Positions 1 through 11,940 of a stretch of DNA of 63,903 nt are shown here, piece by piece. Source of the DNA: Carcharhinus longimanus (Eukaryota). Location: positions 25,807,285 through 25,871,187 of the forward strand of contig JASCQW010000098.1 of assembly GCA_030264375.1 (NCBI GenBank). The letters are read 5' to 3'. The position numbers and the translations under genes are program-made. The notes beneath the pieces were generated by a model, which saw only the letters and a program-made list of their open reading frames with translations, was not told where the DNA came from and did no database searches. How positions within the stretch are numbered: position 1 is the stretch's first letter; each line of letters begins with the position of its first letter.

Positions 1-929
1 AAAGGAGGTGCACCAGATTGATTCCGGGGATGAAGGGGTTGATGTATGAGGAGAGATTAAACAGGTTCATAGAATCCTAGAATCTTATGGTACAGAAGGA
101 GGCCATTCACCCCACTGAGTCTGCATAGACCACAATCCCACCCATGCCCCATCCCATGTATTTACCCTGATGCTAAGGGGCAATTAATTTAGCATCACCA
201 ATGCACCTAACATCTTTGGATTGTGGGACGAAACCAGAGGACCTGGAGGAAACTCATGTAGACACGGAGAGAACTTGCAGACTCCCACAGTGATCCAAGC
301 TGGGAATCAAACCCGGGTCCCTGGTACTGTGAGACAACAGTGCTTGCTAATCACTATGTCATCATGCCGCCCTTGGGCTTGTACTCGCTGGAGTTTAGAA
401 GGATGAGTGGGGATCTGATCGAGGTATATAAAATTTTAAAAGGGATTAACAAAGTAAATGTAGACCAAATGTCTCTTCCTATGGGGTAATCTAGGTATAG
501 GTTGTGAGGCGGTAAATTTAAAACTGAGATGAGGAGAAACTTCTCGTAGAACATAGTGAATTTGTGGAACTCACTGCCCCATAGCACGGTGGAGTCTGAA
601 TTGTTGAATGATTTCAAGAGATAGATAAACATAATTCGAATGAAAAGGGAAAGACGGATATGGGGAATGGGGGGAGATGGATTTGAGACCAGCCATGATC
701 TAATTGAATGGTGGGGCAGGCTTGATGCGCTGAACTTGCCTACTTCTGCTCACACTTCNNNNNNNNNNNNNNNNNNNNNNNNNNNNNNNNNNNNNNNNNN
801 NNNNNNNNNNNNNNNNNNNNNNNNNNNNNNNNNNNNNNNNNNNNNNNNNNNNNNNNNNCTTATTGAATGGCGGGGCAGGCTCGAAGGGCTAGATGGCCTA
901 CTCCTGCTCCTATTTCTTATGTTCTTATG
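1..929 (+). mobile_element. CR1-clade LINE, 3' fragment (interrupted by a SINE and a gap)
   Basis: Degenerate RT C-terminus (YEERLNRLGLYSLEFRRM-like), ending in the shark CR1 tail ctcctgctcctatttcttatgttcttatg. Confidence 0.85.
68..372 (-). mobile_element. HE1-like tRNA/V-domain SINE nested in CR1
   Basis: tRNA-like head (rc of ...atgccgccc), V-domain, and catagaatc tail; the CR1 sequence resumes at ttgggcttgtactcg. Confidence 0.85.
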
Positions 930-2146
930 AGGTCAGGTAGCGATGGATCATGAAGGCATTTGTGATGAGGGGCCATGTTGAGAACCCTGATTGGGGACAG
1001 GCATGCCATGGGTCAGGCAGAGGGACCCACTGAGAGGGCCCCAACAACCTGTGTCAGGGAAAGGTGGAGGTATATGCGCCAATGAGAGAGGGAATCTGTG
1101 GGGGGAGGAAGGGATCCTCCCAGTGTACTCTGAGATCAGGGCAACACTTGCAAAATGGCACCCAAGTGATCAAGGGCCGCTGTTATGAAATAGACTGGAT
1201 CTCCCTTTCTGAGAAAGGACAGCTAACCACTCAAAAAGGAATACCTTGCCCCATAATCTGTAAAGAGTGAGTGTGAAGTGGTATGATCTGCTCTTCAACA
1301 GCGTTTAGTGGTTAAATCAAAATAACTTCTTGGCACTCGCTGTTCCTGGATTACGCATATGCACTTAATCACTCAGACGTGCACCTAGACTTCAAAACCA
1401 ACTGAGCCAGGAACTGAATGCTGCCTATTCCAGGTCTGTTAGTTTAAACCAGTGGAGAGGAACAGCTAGCACATATATTATGCTACACAGCACAGAACCC
1501 GCTTTCCCATCTGACTCCGGGTCTGTAGCCAACTATGTTCATTCCACAATGCAGAAGGCTTCTTCATGTGAATGTATTGGGGTTTGCACAGAATGTTTGA
1601 ATTAGTCAAACCATTCCTGCAGGTCAGATAGTGGATGTGAAGTTAGGGTGTAACAGCAGATAATGGAAGGCCTTACCACACGCTGGACTAGAAAGATCAT
1701 TTGCGCCAACTAGTTGAGTTTAAATAAAATGTTTCTCCTTTAAAGTTGTAGCCTTGACCTTGGGTCCTTGATCCTGTATAAATGAATTTTTGACCTCCAC
1801 ATGAAACAAAAAGCATAATATTCCAAACTAACTAACCCACTAGAGTATAAAATAATCAAGGAAAACAAATTACTATTGCAGAACCTAAGATAAAGGACCT
1901 TCAAAACTGACTATCTTCCACTAGAATACCTTCTTCAAGCATACTGTAGAATCAGAGCAGCAGACTGGTCAACCTGATACTGAATCACCTTCTCTTCTGA
2001 ATATTCTACCAGCAGCAGTCTAAAGCTAGTCGTATACAGGAAAGATTATTAAAAGGACCTTCCTCAATTTTCTTCTCCTGGTAGCTGAAGAGCTTCTTCC
2101 AGAGTTGCAGTGCAGTTTTCACCTAACAAAAGGCACCAGAGACATA

Positions 2147-2261
2147 GGGCGAAATTTTCCCGTACCACTTAGCACGGGAATCGTAGCGGGTGGGACTGAA
2201 CCATGCAAAAGTCCATAGACTTTTCCAGTTTTGGGAGAAGCGAGGGCAGAAAATCCCACCC
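2147..2261. mobile_element. Harbinger-type MITE
   Basis: Termini gggcgaaattttcc / agaaaatcccaccc with 3-bp TSD ATA; related copy at ~61263-61385. Confidence 0.6.
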
Positions 2262-2600
2262 ATAGAATGACAGAATCCCTGCAGTGCAGAAAGAGGCTAT
2301 TCTGCCTATCACATCTGCATCAACTCTCTAAAAGAGCATCTTACCTAGGCCCATCCCTCTCATCCTCGTAACCTCTCACAATTACCATGGCTAATCCAGC
2401 TAACCTACACATCCTTGAACACCTAGGAGCAATTTACCACGGCCATTCCACTTACCTTGCACATCTTTGGACAGTAGGAGGAAATTGACGTAGACATGAG
2501 GAGAACGTGCAAATTCCATCTGACATTTAAAGCTGGAATTGAACCAGGGTACCTGCTACCGTGAGGCACCAGTATTAACTGTTGCACCACCATGCCACCC
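2262..2600 (-). mobile_element. HE1-like SINE
   Basis: Same head, V-domain and tail as the other HE1 copies. Confidence 0.85.
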
Positions 2601-3579
2601 ATTCAATTTTTGGCCAATCCAAGAAAAATGCAAAGAACAGCCCAATTGCTTTGCATTGACCTTTTGTAACTTCACAAAAACCTTTGACTCTGTCAGCCAG
2701 AGACATAATGAGTATCCTCCTCGAGTTTGGCTATCTTTTGAAATTTGTCACCTTCCTCTGCCTACTCTTTGATGGCATGCAAGTCATGAGCCTCACTGAT
2801 AGAATCACAGACTGTGGTCAAACAGAGCTATATTATCACACCAGTCCTCTTCTGCAACTTCCTTGTGGCAACACTCCAGCAAATTACCTGCAGGCATGGA
2901 GATAATTTACAGAACAGATGGAAAACTGTTTAAATATGCAGACAGAACATAGAACTCAAGAGGGGTAGGCCAGCCTATCAAGCCTGCTCCACCATTCAAA
3001 AGATAATTGATCAGATTGTGATCTCAACTCCATTTCCTTTCTTCTCCTCAAATTCTTGAATTCCTTGAATATCAAAAATCTATCTAACTCAGCTTTGAAT
3101 AAATTGAGAAGTATGAGAAAATGGGCTTTTCACAACACTTGGAAAACTAAGAAACTCTTCCAACCAGTTCCTACAGCAGAATACCTTCCACCATCAATGA
3201 AGAATAAGATCAAAAATGAGATTCTGAAAAATGAAGACTATTTCCATATCGTGGAAGCCTCCTCACAATGAAAATCACAACAGAAATTGGCAGAATTCAT
3301 TACTTCCAACATGTCAACTCAGCCTTCATCCAACTTAAGAAAACAAAGATTTTGAGGACATGCATCTCAAATCTGAGACTAAGGAATAGTCTACCAGGCA
3401 CTCCTATCTGCTTTGGAGACATGGACATCTTACAGCGGGTACCTCAAAACCACTGGAGAGATGGAGGCAATATCCAGTAGCAAGATAGGCAGCCCAACAG
3501 CTTCCTTTTCTCCTAAGCCAGCATGCCTACCATCAAGGCGCTAATTACTCAAAACCATTTTATTTGAGAAAAACACGTT

Positions 3580-4590
3580 GGGCGCGATTTTCCTTCCCCA
3601 CTACACTGGATGAGCAATACAACGAGACAGGAAATATAAGCAGGAGTCAGAAAAATCGAATTTTCACCTGGCAACCAGCAGCCAGCAGGTCACAAATCTC
3701 CCAGGCTATTTTTTTTTTGCGTAATCAGCCTTTTGCCAAAGAATGGCACGGGGCTGATATAAACATTCATTCCTTAATTTAAATCATTTTAGCGAGCTTC
3801 GGACAGCAATGTCCGGCCTCAGCTGGCTCTCTCACCTTGCCAATGAATGTTCTCACCAGCAGGGGTCACAGCTGGCCCCCAGCAATAGGGACCAGATGTG
3901 ATGGCCACACTGGTCGAGCCAGTGGCCATTGAGGCCTCCAGGAAGATAGGGACAGGGTGGCAGTGGCTGTTAGGTTGTGTCAGCCTGGGACCCTGGCATT
4001 GCCCACCAGGCACCCTGCCACAGCCAAGAGATGGGGCCTGATAGGACATGGGCTCATAGGGGCAGCGGCAAATGGAGGGAAAGGGGGAACTCTGCATTCG
4101 GGTGGAGGCTTATGCTAGCACTGGCCAAAAGGAGGCCGGTGATTGGGGTGGGGCGAATGTCAACCAATCTCCCAATATGTCCGATGGCCCTCTGAGCACT
4201 GTGCTGCTGGCCTCTCCAGAGGATTTGGACTCTGCCCCCCACCCCACCACTCCCCCACCCCCTTTTACTGACATGAATCATCTGATGGCTTCTGTATTGC
4301 ACAGGCTGCTGCAAATTCATGAATCTCAGTTCACCCAACACTTTGATTTTGGGGGGAAAATCATCCCCTACATTTGCACCACTCCCTGCCACCCGTTCCC
4401 CCTGGAGTCCCCAATTGCACCCCCTTCACTCCAGCAGGGTAGGAGATGTTATCAGGCCCAGAGAATTGTGCACCAGGCCAATAATCACATTTAAAATATA
4501 TTAAAAACAGGTTTAAAAGACATACCTCTCTTCCTGCCAGTTTCCAACTGCGCCTGGGACCAGGGCACCAGGCTCTCAAAACAACTGCAA
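3580..4590. mobile_element. Non-autonomous Harbinger-type element (partial)
   Basis: Starts with TIR-like gggcgcgattttcc; shares the block ccaataatcacatttaaa..acctctctt with 5067-6585. Confidence 0.5.
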
Positions 4591-5066
4591 TCATCAGAAT
4601 TCAGTCATGGGAAAAGACTCCCAGTAAGACTGTGGAAACGCTTCAGGGATTTCCTCAAAGAATCTCTGAAGAGATCATACAACTCTACCAACTCAAGTGA
4701 GGCCTTGGTCTGTGATCGACCAAAAATGAAGAAGGTTCATTTAGAAAAGAACAGAACATGGAAAGACTTTCTTGAAGAACATTAAGACAAAATCAAATTG
4801 TCAGACAGTACGCACAAACCTGCAAACAACTCATCACCTTAACCCTTCAAGCACCACCTGCCACGTGTAAGACAGAGGCTGCAATCCATCACCCAACACA
4901 GAACCCAACAAATCAGAGTGAAAGCAAGTCATAATATACCCAAGGCACTACCAAAGGAGTAGGGTCAAATTGCAGAGATCTTGAGTTATGCAGTAAACCA
5001 GATCAAATTGCACATTCCATACAAACTCAGATGTGTTTTGTCCAAGGAGACCAAACCAGAAATCTG

Positions 5067-6585
5067 GGGCCCAATTCTCCCATAAGTGCGGAATTGGCTA
5101 GACAACTGGTTTAAATCACTTCTTTACAGCTCAACTTCAGACCCGAATCTCCCACACTCTGTGCAATGTAGAGGTCACAATTGTGAATCTCATTAAAAGC
5201 TTTGGGGGCGGGGAGTGCTATTCATGCCAGAATCTGACAGTTCCGGAATTCTGCACATGCGCAGTGGCCCCAAACTGTCAGCACTCCCATTTGCTGGCCA
5301 GGGCTGCCCCCACAGCCTGATCATGGCCTGCACAAGCATTCCTGGGCCATATCCGACACCCCGCCCTGAAGTGACCCAATCTCCATCCACCCCCACCCAC
5401 CCAGCAATGGTGAACCCCCCAACTTCATCCCTGGCAGAACCCATGGGTGGAGGCACCCCTATGGGAGGCAGNNNNNNNNNNNNNNNNNNNNNNNNNNNNN
5501 NNNNNNNNNNNNNNNNNNNNNNNNNNNNNNNNNNNNNNNNNNNNNNNNNNNNNNNNNNNNNNNNNNNNNNNNNNNNNNNNNNNNNNNNNNNNNNNNNNNN
5601 NNNNNNNNNNNNNNNNNNNNNNNNNNNNNNNNNNNNNNNNNNNNNNNNNNNNNNNNNNNNNNNNNNNNNNNNNNNNNNNNNNNNNNNNNNNNNNNNNNNN
5701 NNNNNNNNNNNNNNNNNNNNNNNNNNNNNNNNNNNNNNNNNNNNNNNNNNNNNNNNNNNNNNNNNNNNNNNNNNNNNNNNNNNNNNNNNNNNNNNNNNNN
5801 NNNNNNNNNNNNNNNNNNNNNNNNNNNNNNNNNNNNNNNNNNNNNNNNNNNNNNNNNNNNNNNNNNNNNNNNNNNNNNNNNNNNNNNNNNNNNNNNNNNN
5901 NNNNNNNNNNNNNNNNNNNNNNNNNNNNNNNNNNNNNNNNNNNNNNNNNNNNNNNNNNNNNNNNNNNNNNNNNNNNNNNNNNNNNNNNNNNNNNNNNNNN
6001 NNNNNNNNNNNNNNNNNNNNNNNNNNNNNNNNNNNNNNNNNNNNNNNNNNNNNNNNNNNNNNNNNNNNNNNNNNNNNNNNNNNNNNNNNNNNNNNNNNNN
6101 NNNNNNNNNNNNNNNNNNNNNNNNNNNNNNNNNNNNNNNNNNNNNNNNNNNNNNNNNNNNNNNNNNNNNNNNNNNNNNNNNNNNNNNNNNNNNNNNNNNN
6201 NNNNNNNNNNNNNNNNNNNNNNNNNNNNNNNNCACTAGACCTCACGCACAATAGGCTCCACCCCATTGCCCCACCCACAATAGGCTCCACTCCTCCACTG
6301 CCCAACCCCATGGGGGGCTCCCAATTGCCCCCCTTCACTCCGGCAGAGTGGAGAATTCCGTGCTGGGCCCAATAATCACATTTAAAATACATTAAAAACA
6401 GATTTAAATGACTTACCTCTCTTCGCACTGGTTTCCAGCATGGTTCCGACTGCACCTGTTCTCCGGCTTTAGGAGACGCGCATGCATTGGGAATGCATAC
6501 ACGAATCCAGCAAAATGGCTCACATATGATTCTCCCATCCCGATGCGCTAAAAAACTTGCACGTTGGGATGGAAGAATCCTCTCC
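5067..6585. mobile_element. Non-autonomous Harbinger-type element (contains gap)
   Basis: TIR-like gggcccaattctcc / ggaagaatcctctcc with 3-bp TSD CTG. Confidence 0.55.
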
Positions 6586-6752
6586 CTGGTTCCATTAACT
6601 TGCATTATGAATTGAGAATACCGGATAGCCTTCCCAGAGATGAGGTGCTCAAAGCTAAATACAGTACTTCAGATAAGGTCTAATCAGATAATCAGAGCAG
6701 ATAACGACTTCCAGTCTCCTTTATCAGTGGCTAACAATGAGTCTTGGGCTAC

Positions 6753-7610
6753 AAGAACATGTAGATGGAATGGTCAAATGGGCAGATAAGTGGCAGATGG
6801 AATTTAACTCTGAGAATGTGAGATGATACACTTTGAAAGGAGTAATTTGACAAGAAAATACCCAATGAATGTAGAACACTAAGAAATTATGTGAAACAAA
6901 GAGGCCTTGGTGTGTTTGTCTACAGATCTCTGAAAGTAGAAGGGAATGTGAGTAGGGTGGTGACAAAGGCATTTGGGACATTTGCCTTTATCAATCGAGG
7001 CACGGATTACAAAAGCAGGGGAGTCATGTTGGAGTTGTACGGAACTTGCGGGGACAAAGCTGGAGTATTGTGTGCAGTTCTGCTCAACACATTATCGGAA
7101 GGATGTGATTGCACTGGAGGGGCGCAGACGAGATTCACCAGGATGCTGCATGGAATGGAAAATTTAAGTTGTGAAGAAAGGTTGCATAAGCTTGGGTTGT
7201 TTTTGTTGGAGCAGAAAAGATTGATGGCCAACCTGATTGAGGTGTATAAGATTATGAAAAACATGAACAAAGTAGATAAGGAACAGCTGCTCCCCTTAGT
7301 TGAACAGTTAGTCACAGGGGACATAGGTTCAAGGTGAGGGGCCGGAGGTTTAGGGGAAATGCGACGAAAAACCTTTTTACTCAGAGGGTGATGACGGTCT
7401 GAAATGAGCTGCCTAGGAGAGCGGTAGAGGCAGGTTGCCTCACATCCTTTAAAAAGTATCTGGATGAACACATGGCACATCATAACATTCAAAGCTATGG
7501 ACCAATTGCTGGCAGATGTGATTAGGTGGGACTTCAGATGTTTCTAATTGTTGGTGCATATTCAATAGGCTGAAGGGCCTCTTCTGCGCCGTATGGTTCT
7601 ATGATTCTAT
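6753..7610 (+). mobile_element. CR1 LINE, 3' fragment
   Basis: ORFs with LEYCVQF, YRKDVIALEG and EERLHKLGLFLLEQKRL; tail ctatgattctat. Confidence 0.9.
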
Positions 7611-8019
7611 CTAAAAGGCAATAATCCATTAACCTTAAATTAATTTTTGTACGTGTTCTTGGTGATATTTGCATTTGCACCCATAAATCTCTGCTCATTT
7701 ACAGGTCTAACTTCACCATTTAGAAAATACTCTGATCTATTTTTGGTATGGGAAAGGAGTTAGTGATTTATATGAATAGAGGTTGAGGTGGTGACAGTCC
7801 TTGAGAATGTTCAATAGCATGGTGGAATTAGGTTGTCGAAAGTGGACACAGGGATAAAGTGAGCTTGGAGGAGGTACAAGGAGAGATTAGTAGACACATA
7901 CTCCTTTTTTAGGGAGGCATTTGAGAGAAAAGAGGTAAAGGTAGGAGATGCAGCAAAGACAGCTAAACAGACAGTGTCAATCATAATGACAAATGAAGTC
8001 AGTGGATAACTAGCAGGTC

Positions 8020-8580
8020 CCAGCTGTGGTTCAGTGATAGCACTGCCTTCAGAAGAATGGAGAGGTTCAAGGCCCACTCCAAAGACTGAAAATATAATCC
8101 AGGTTGGCATGGATATGTAGCACTGAGGGAATGCTGGAATGTCAGAGACATCATTCTTTTGAATGACACATTAAACTGAGGCTTTGCTTGTCCTCTTGTA
8201 TGAGTGTAATATGTTCACTGGCACTATTTTGAAGAACCAAAGAATCCATAGAATCTCTACAGTGCAGAAGGAGGCCATTCAGCCCACTGAGTCTGCACTA
8301 ACTCCATGAGAGAGCATCTGATCCAGCCCCCGGTTGCCTATGAAGCTCTAGCAATCTGGCTTTAAATGGTCTAAACTGATGCTTAAAATTTATTACTGAG
8401 GAGTGCTACATTGTTGGAGATGAAATTTTAAACAAGAGCCCCATCTGCCTTTGAAAGTGGTTAAAAGATCTCATGAAGAGCAGCAGAGTAATTCTTCATG
8501 TCGTGACCAAGATGCACATCTCAACTAATTACATTAAAACTGTTGCTTAATTGCATTGCTGATTGTGGTTGTAATCTTTA
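8020..8580 (+). mobile_element. Two decayed Deu-domain SINE fragments (SacSINE/AmnSINE-like)
   Basis: tactgagggagtgct...ttaaactgagg...ggcactattttgaagaa resembles the Deu core; the pattern repeats at 8393-8580. Confidence 0.6.
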
Positions 8581-8976
8581 GAACTAGGTCATTCAAGAGC
8601 AAAACCATAAATTATTTGTAGTTTAAAATTCAAATAGTCATTCTTTTTTCCTTCAGAGCCATAGCTGATCAACTAGTCTCAGTGATGATCATAAAATTAC
8701 CTGATTAGTGAGCCATTGGGAATTACAACGTCCTTTAGAAAAGGAAATCTTGTGTCCTTACTCAGCCTGGTCTATGTTACTCCAGAACCACACCAATGTG
8801 GTTCCTCTTCACTATTAATTTGAAATACCATGCAAACTATTCAGTTATATCAAACTGCTCCATAACAGTGGAACAAGAATAAAACCAGACAGCAGATTTC
8901 CACTGAAACTTCAACTGCACACCCCACTGGGTTAACCCTTGCTAACATCTGGCAGCTTGTGCTAAAATTGGGAGAT

Positions 8977-9265
8977 TTTTAAAGTTTATTTATTAGTCAC
9001 AAATGAGGCTTATATTAACACTGCAACAAAGTTACTCTGAAATTCCCCTAGTCGCCACACTCAGGTGCCTGTTCAGGTCAATACACCTAACCAGCACGTC
9101 TTTCAGACTGTGGAAGGAAACTGCAGCATCCGGAGGAAACCCACAGAGAAATGGCAAGAACATGCAAACTCCATACAGACAGTGACCCAAACTGGGAATC
9201 GAACCTGGCTGGGTCCCTGGCACTGTAAGGCAGCAGTGCTAACCACTGTGCTACTGTGCCAACCA
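8977..9265 (-). mobile_element. tRNA/V-domain SINE (second tail type)
   Basis: tRNA head and V-domain with the aaagtttatttattagtcac tail; same family as 21485-21760. Confidence 0.8.
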
Positions 9266-9606
9266 TATCTGTCCCACAGACTAGCTAATGAATAGCCAGA
9301 CATAATCATCCTCATTGAATCATATCTTAACAGCCAATATCTCAGACTCATTCATCGCTCTCCATGGAAAATCCTTTACCACCAACAGTACAGGCCAACC
9401 AGAGGGAATGGTCAGGTGGTAGACCTTTGGGAGGGAGTGACATTGGAAGTCCTCAACAATGACTCTAGACACCATGAAGTCTCAAGGCATCATGATAAAC
9501 ATGATTANNNNNNNNNNNNNNNNNNNNNNNNNNNNNNNNNNNNNNNNNNNNNNNNNNNNNNNNNNNNNNNNNNNNNNNNNNNNNNNNNNNNNNNNNNNNN
9601 NNNNNN

Positions 9607-9925
9607 NCACCACGACAGCTCAGTGACTATCACTGTTTGCTGTGCAGATACATGGATTTGGGCCAGTGTCTGTGGGAGTTTGCGTATTCTCCCTGTGGTT
9701 GCGTGGGTTTCCTCCAGGTGCTCCGGTTTCCTCCCACACCCCAAAGATGTGCTTTTAGGCTGACTGGTGTAACAAATTGTCCCTAAATTATTCTCCCCTT
9801 AACCTGGTTTCCAATGGAGGTACCATAAGCACAGACATGGGTCAAGGGTGGAGGAGGAAAAACACATTGTTAAGATGGCAGCGTGGGCTCGTTCGGCCGA
9901 AGGGCCTGTTTCCCATGCTGTTGTT
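9607..9925 (+). mobile_element. V-domain SINE (older subfamily)
   Basis: V core tgggtttcctccaggtgctccggtttcctcccacac. Confidence 0.75.
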
Positions 9926-10104
9926 TTTTGTTCTTTGAGCAGCTAAAAACTGGGCATCTGAGACACACTGTGGGCCATGAGCAGATCTAATCTCATAGCC
10001 CAGCATTTCCCTCATTCTAACGTGACTATTTAAATCAGGGACCAATCCTGGTTCAATGAGGAATGTGGGATGGTAGTCAAGAGCAGCACAAGAGATGTGA
10101 GATG

Positions 10105-11119
10105 TGTTGTAAAACAATGCTTAGTGGAAAATAGCTATGAACATACTGGCTAGAAATTCCCTGAGTTGTTCAAAAGACTAAAGCCACATTTTAAGTACTT
10201 GAGATCACAGTCAATATGACTGCACAATAGCATCACTATCTTTTACATTCCAAAGCCATTATATGGAACAAACCTGTCTGCAAAGCCTCACCAGGAATAA
10301 CTACCTTGAAGGATTATAAATGGAGGCCATTTCTAATCACCTCATTACTTAATTGGTTGAAGGCAAATAATTAGATATAAATCAATTGTACAATGAGCCC
10401 TAACTTAGATGGGAATGCCCACCCATGATTTAATCAAGTTACAACTGGAATACTCTAGACATAACCATATTTGGGTCATGGGACAGTCATTGAGAGGGTC
10501 ACATGACAAGCAAACCCTGTGTCTGTTCAAGTATCTGTTTTCTCTGTAGGTGAGCATAAGATGTTGAAGGAGCAAGCAGGTTCACCCTCCCTCTCAGTCT
10601 CTCTCCAGCCAGCTTGCAAGTTTGGAACCATGTCAGCTAATTTTGACTATTCATGTGCTCTAGAGATTTTAAAAAAAGAACTCAGCCCTGCAACTCATAT
10701 TCAGAAGAATAAATAAATCATGCACCTTCATCTTTAAATTGCCCTTACGCCAACCCAAAAGGACAAGTTCAGCCTGAAGCCAGACAAGTCACAAGCTTCA
10801 ATAACCTCTTGGATGCTAAATTACTTAGTCTATCTTCCCATTCTAATCTATTTGTGTGTGTATATTTTTGTGTGAGAGATAATCACAGTGCCTTTATTTC
10901 ACATAAACCAGGTTAAGGACAATAAACACAATTCTCTTTTTCTTTTTAAGAACACAGAGGAAACCTACCTGCATATGTCTGTTGTAGTCACAGAGTGGAC
11001 ATAGTTAAACACTCACTGAACTGATGAGCACATCCTTTTTTTTCCCAAAACCTGTTGTGGTCAAATGAGGAGTGGGGAAAGAGGATAGTCATTCAACCCG
11101 TCCTCATGTGATCATAAAA
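10105..11119 (+). mobile_element. Probable solo LTR
   Basis: Starts tgttgt and ends ..cataaaa; 4-bp TSD GATG; internal aataaa; the LINE resumes right after it. Confidence 0.45.
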
Positions 11120-11666
11120 GATGCCACCCTGATGAAGTTACAACATAGAACTACTTGCATGCTAAACAGTAGAAGCAGCATTTGATAGAGCAAAGCAATC
11201 CTACAACTAACGTATGTTAAAAGTTCTATAATGCTACTACATGCAGTCATGAATGGTGAACAATTAAACAACTAATCAGAATGTGATTCTCCACAAACAT
11301 CTCCATCCATAATTATGAGGCAGCACAGCACTTCAGTGCCAAATACAAGATTGACGCATTTGCAACCAACTTCAGCCAGAGTCAAACTATTGAACCAATA
11401 GTTTCTTCCCAAGGTGCCATCACAGAAAGCAGTCTTCAGCCAATGTGATTCACTCCACATAATTTCAAGGAACTGAAGACACTGCATAAAGGGTTATTTA
11501 CTTTGAAACATCCTGACTGTAATACCATTTCAGAAAGAGTTGTTCCCCTATGCAAACTGTTCCAGTATGTCTGCTAGATATTTGCACTATAGCCAATGTA
11601 GAAAATGTCAAGATATGTCCTGTCCACAAGAAGGACTAATCAGTCCTTTGAGCAACCAGGCTAAAG

Positions 11667-11940
11667 GGTAGCATGGTGCCACAGTGGTTAGCACTGCTGC
11701 CTCACAGCACAAGGGACCCGGGTTCAATTCCAGCCTCAGGTGACTGTGTGTGGAATTTGCACTTCCTCCCTGTGTCTGGGTGGGTTTCCTCTAGGTGATC
11801 CCGTTTCCTTCCACACTTCATAGATGTGCATGTTAGGTCAACTGGCTATCTAAATTGAACCTAGAGTGGGAGGATTGTGGTCAGCACAGATTTGTTGAAC
11901 CAAATGGCCTCCTCCAGAATGTAGGGATTCTATGATTCTA
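11667..11940 (+). mobile_element. HE1-like SINE
   Basis: A box cagtggttagc, B box ggttcaattcc, V-domain, tail ggattctatgattcta. Confidence 0.85.

Larger units (their letters stand above)
1885..4960 (+). mobile_element. Decayed RTE-clade LINE split by younger insertions
   Basis: Remnant RT motifs AEELLPELQCSF..KGT and IQEKCKEQ..FTKTFDSVS; RTE-like C-terminus and 3' end at 4590-4960. Confidence 0.7.

Noticed and set aside
5193-6605. Long ORFs of 258-470 aa
   Set aside because: They are artefacts of N runs; the same applies at 36707-37500 and other gaps
11667-11750. tRNA genes at SINE heads
   Set aside because: A/B boxes run into the V-domain with no full cloverleaf
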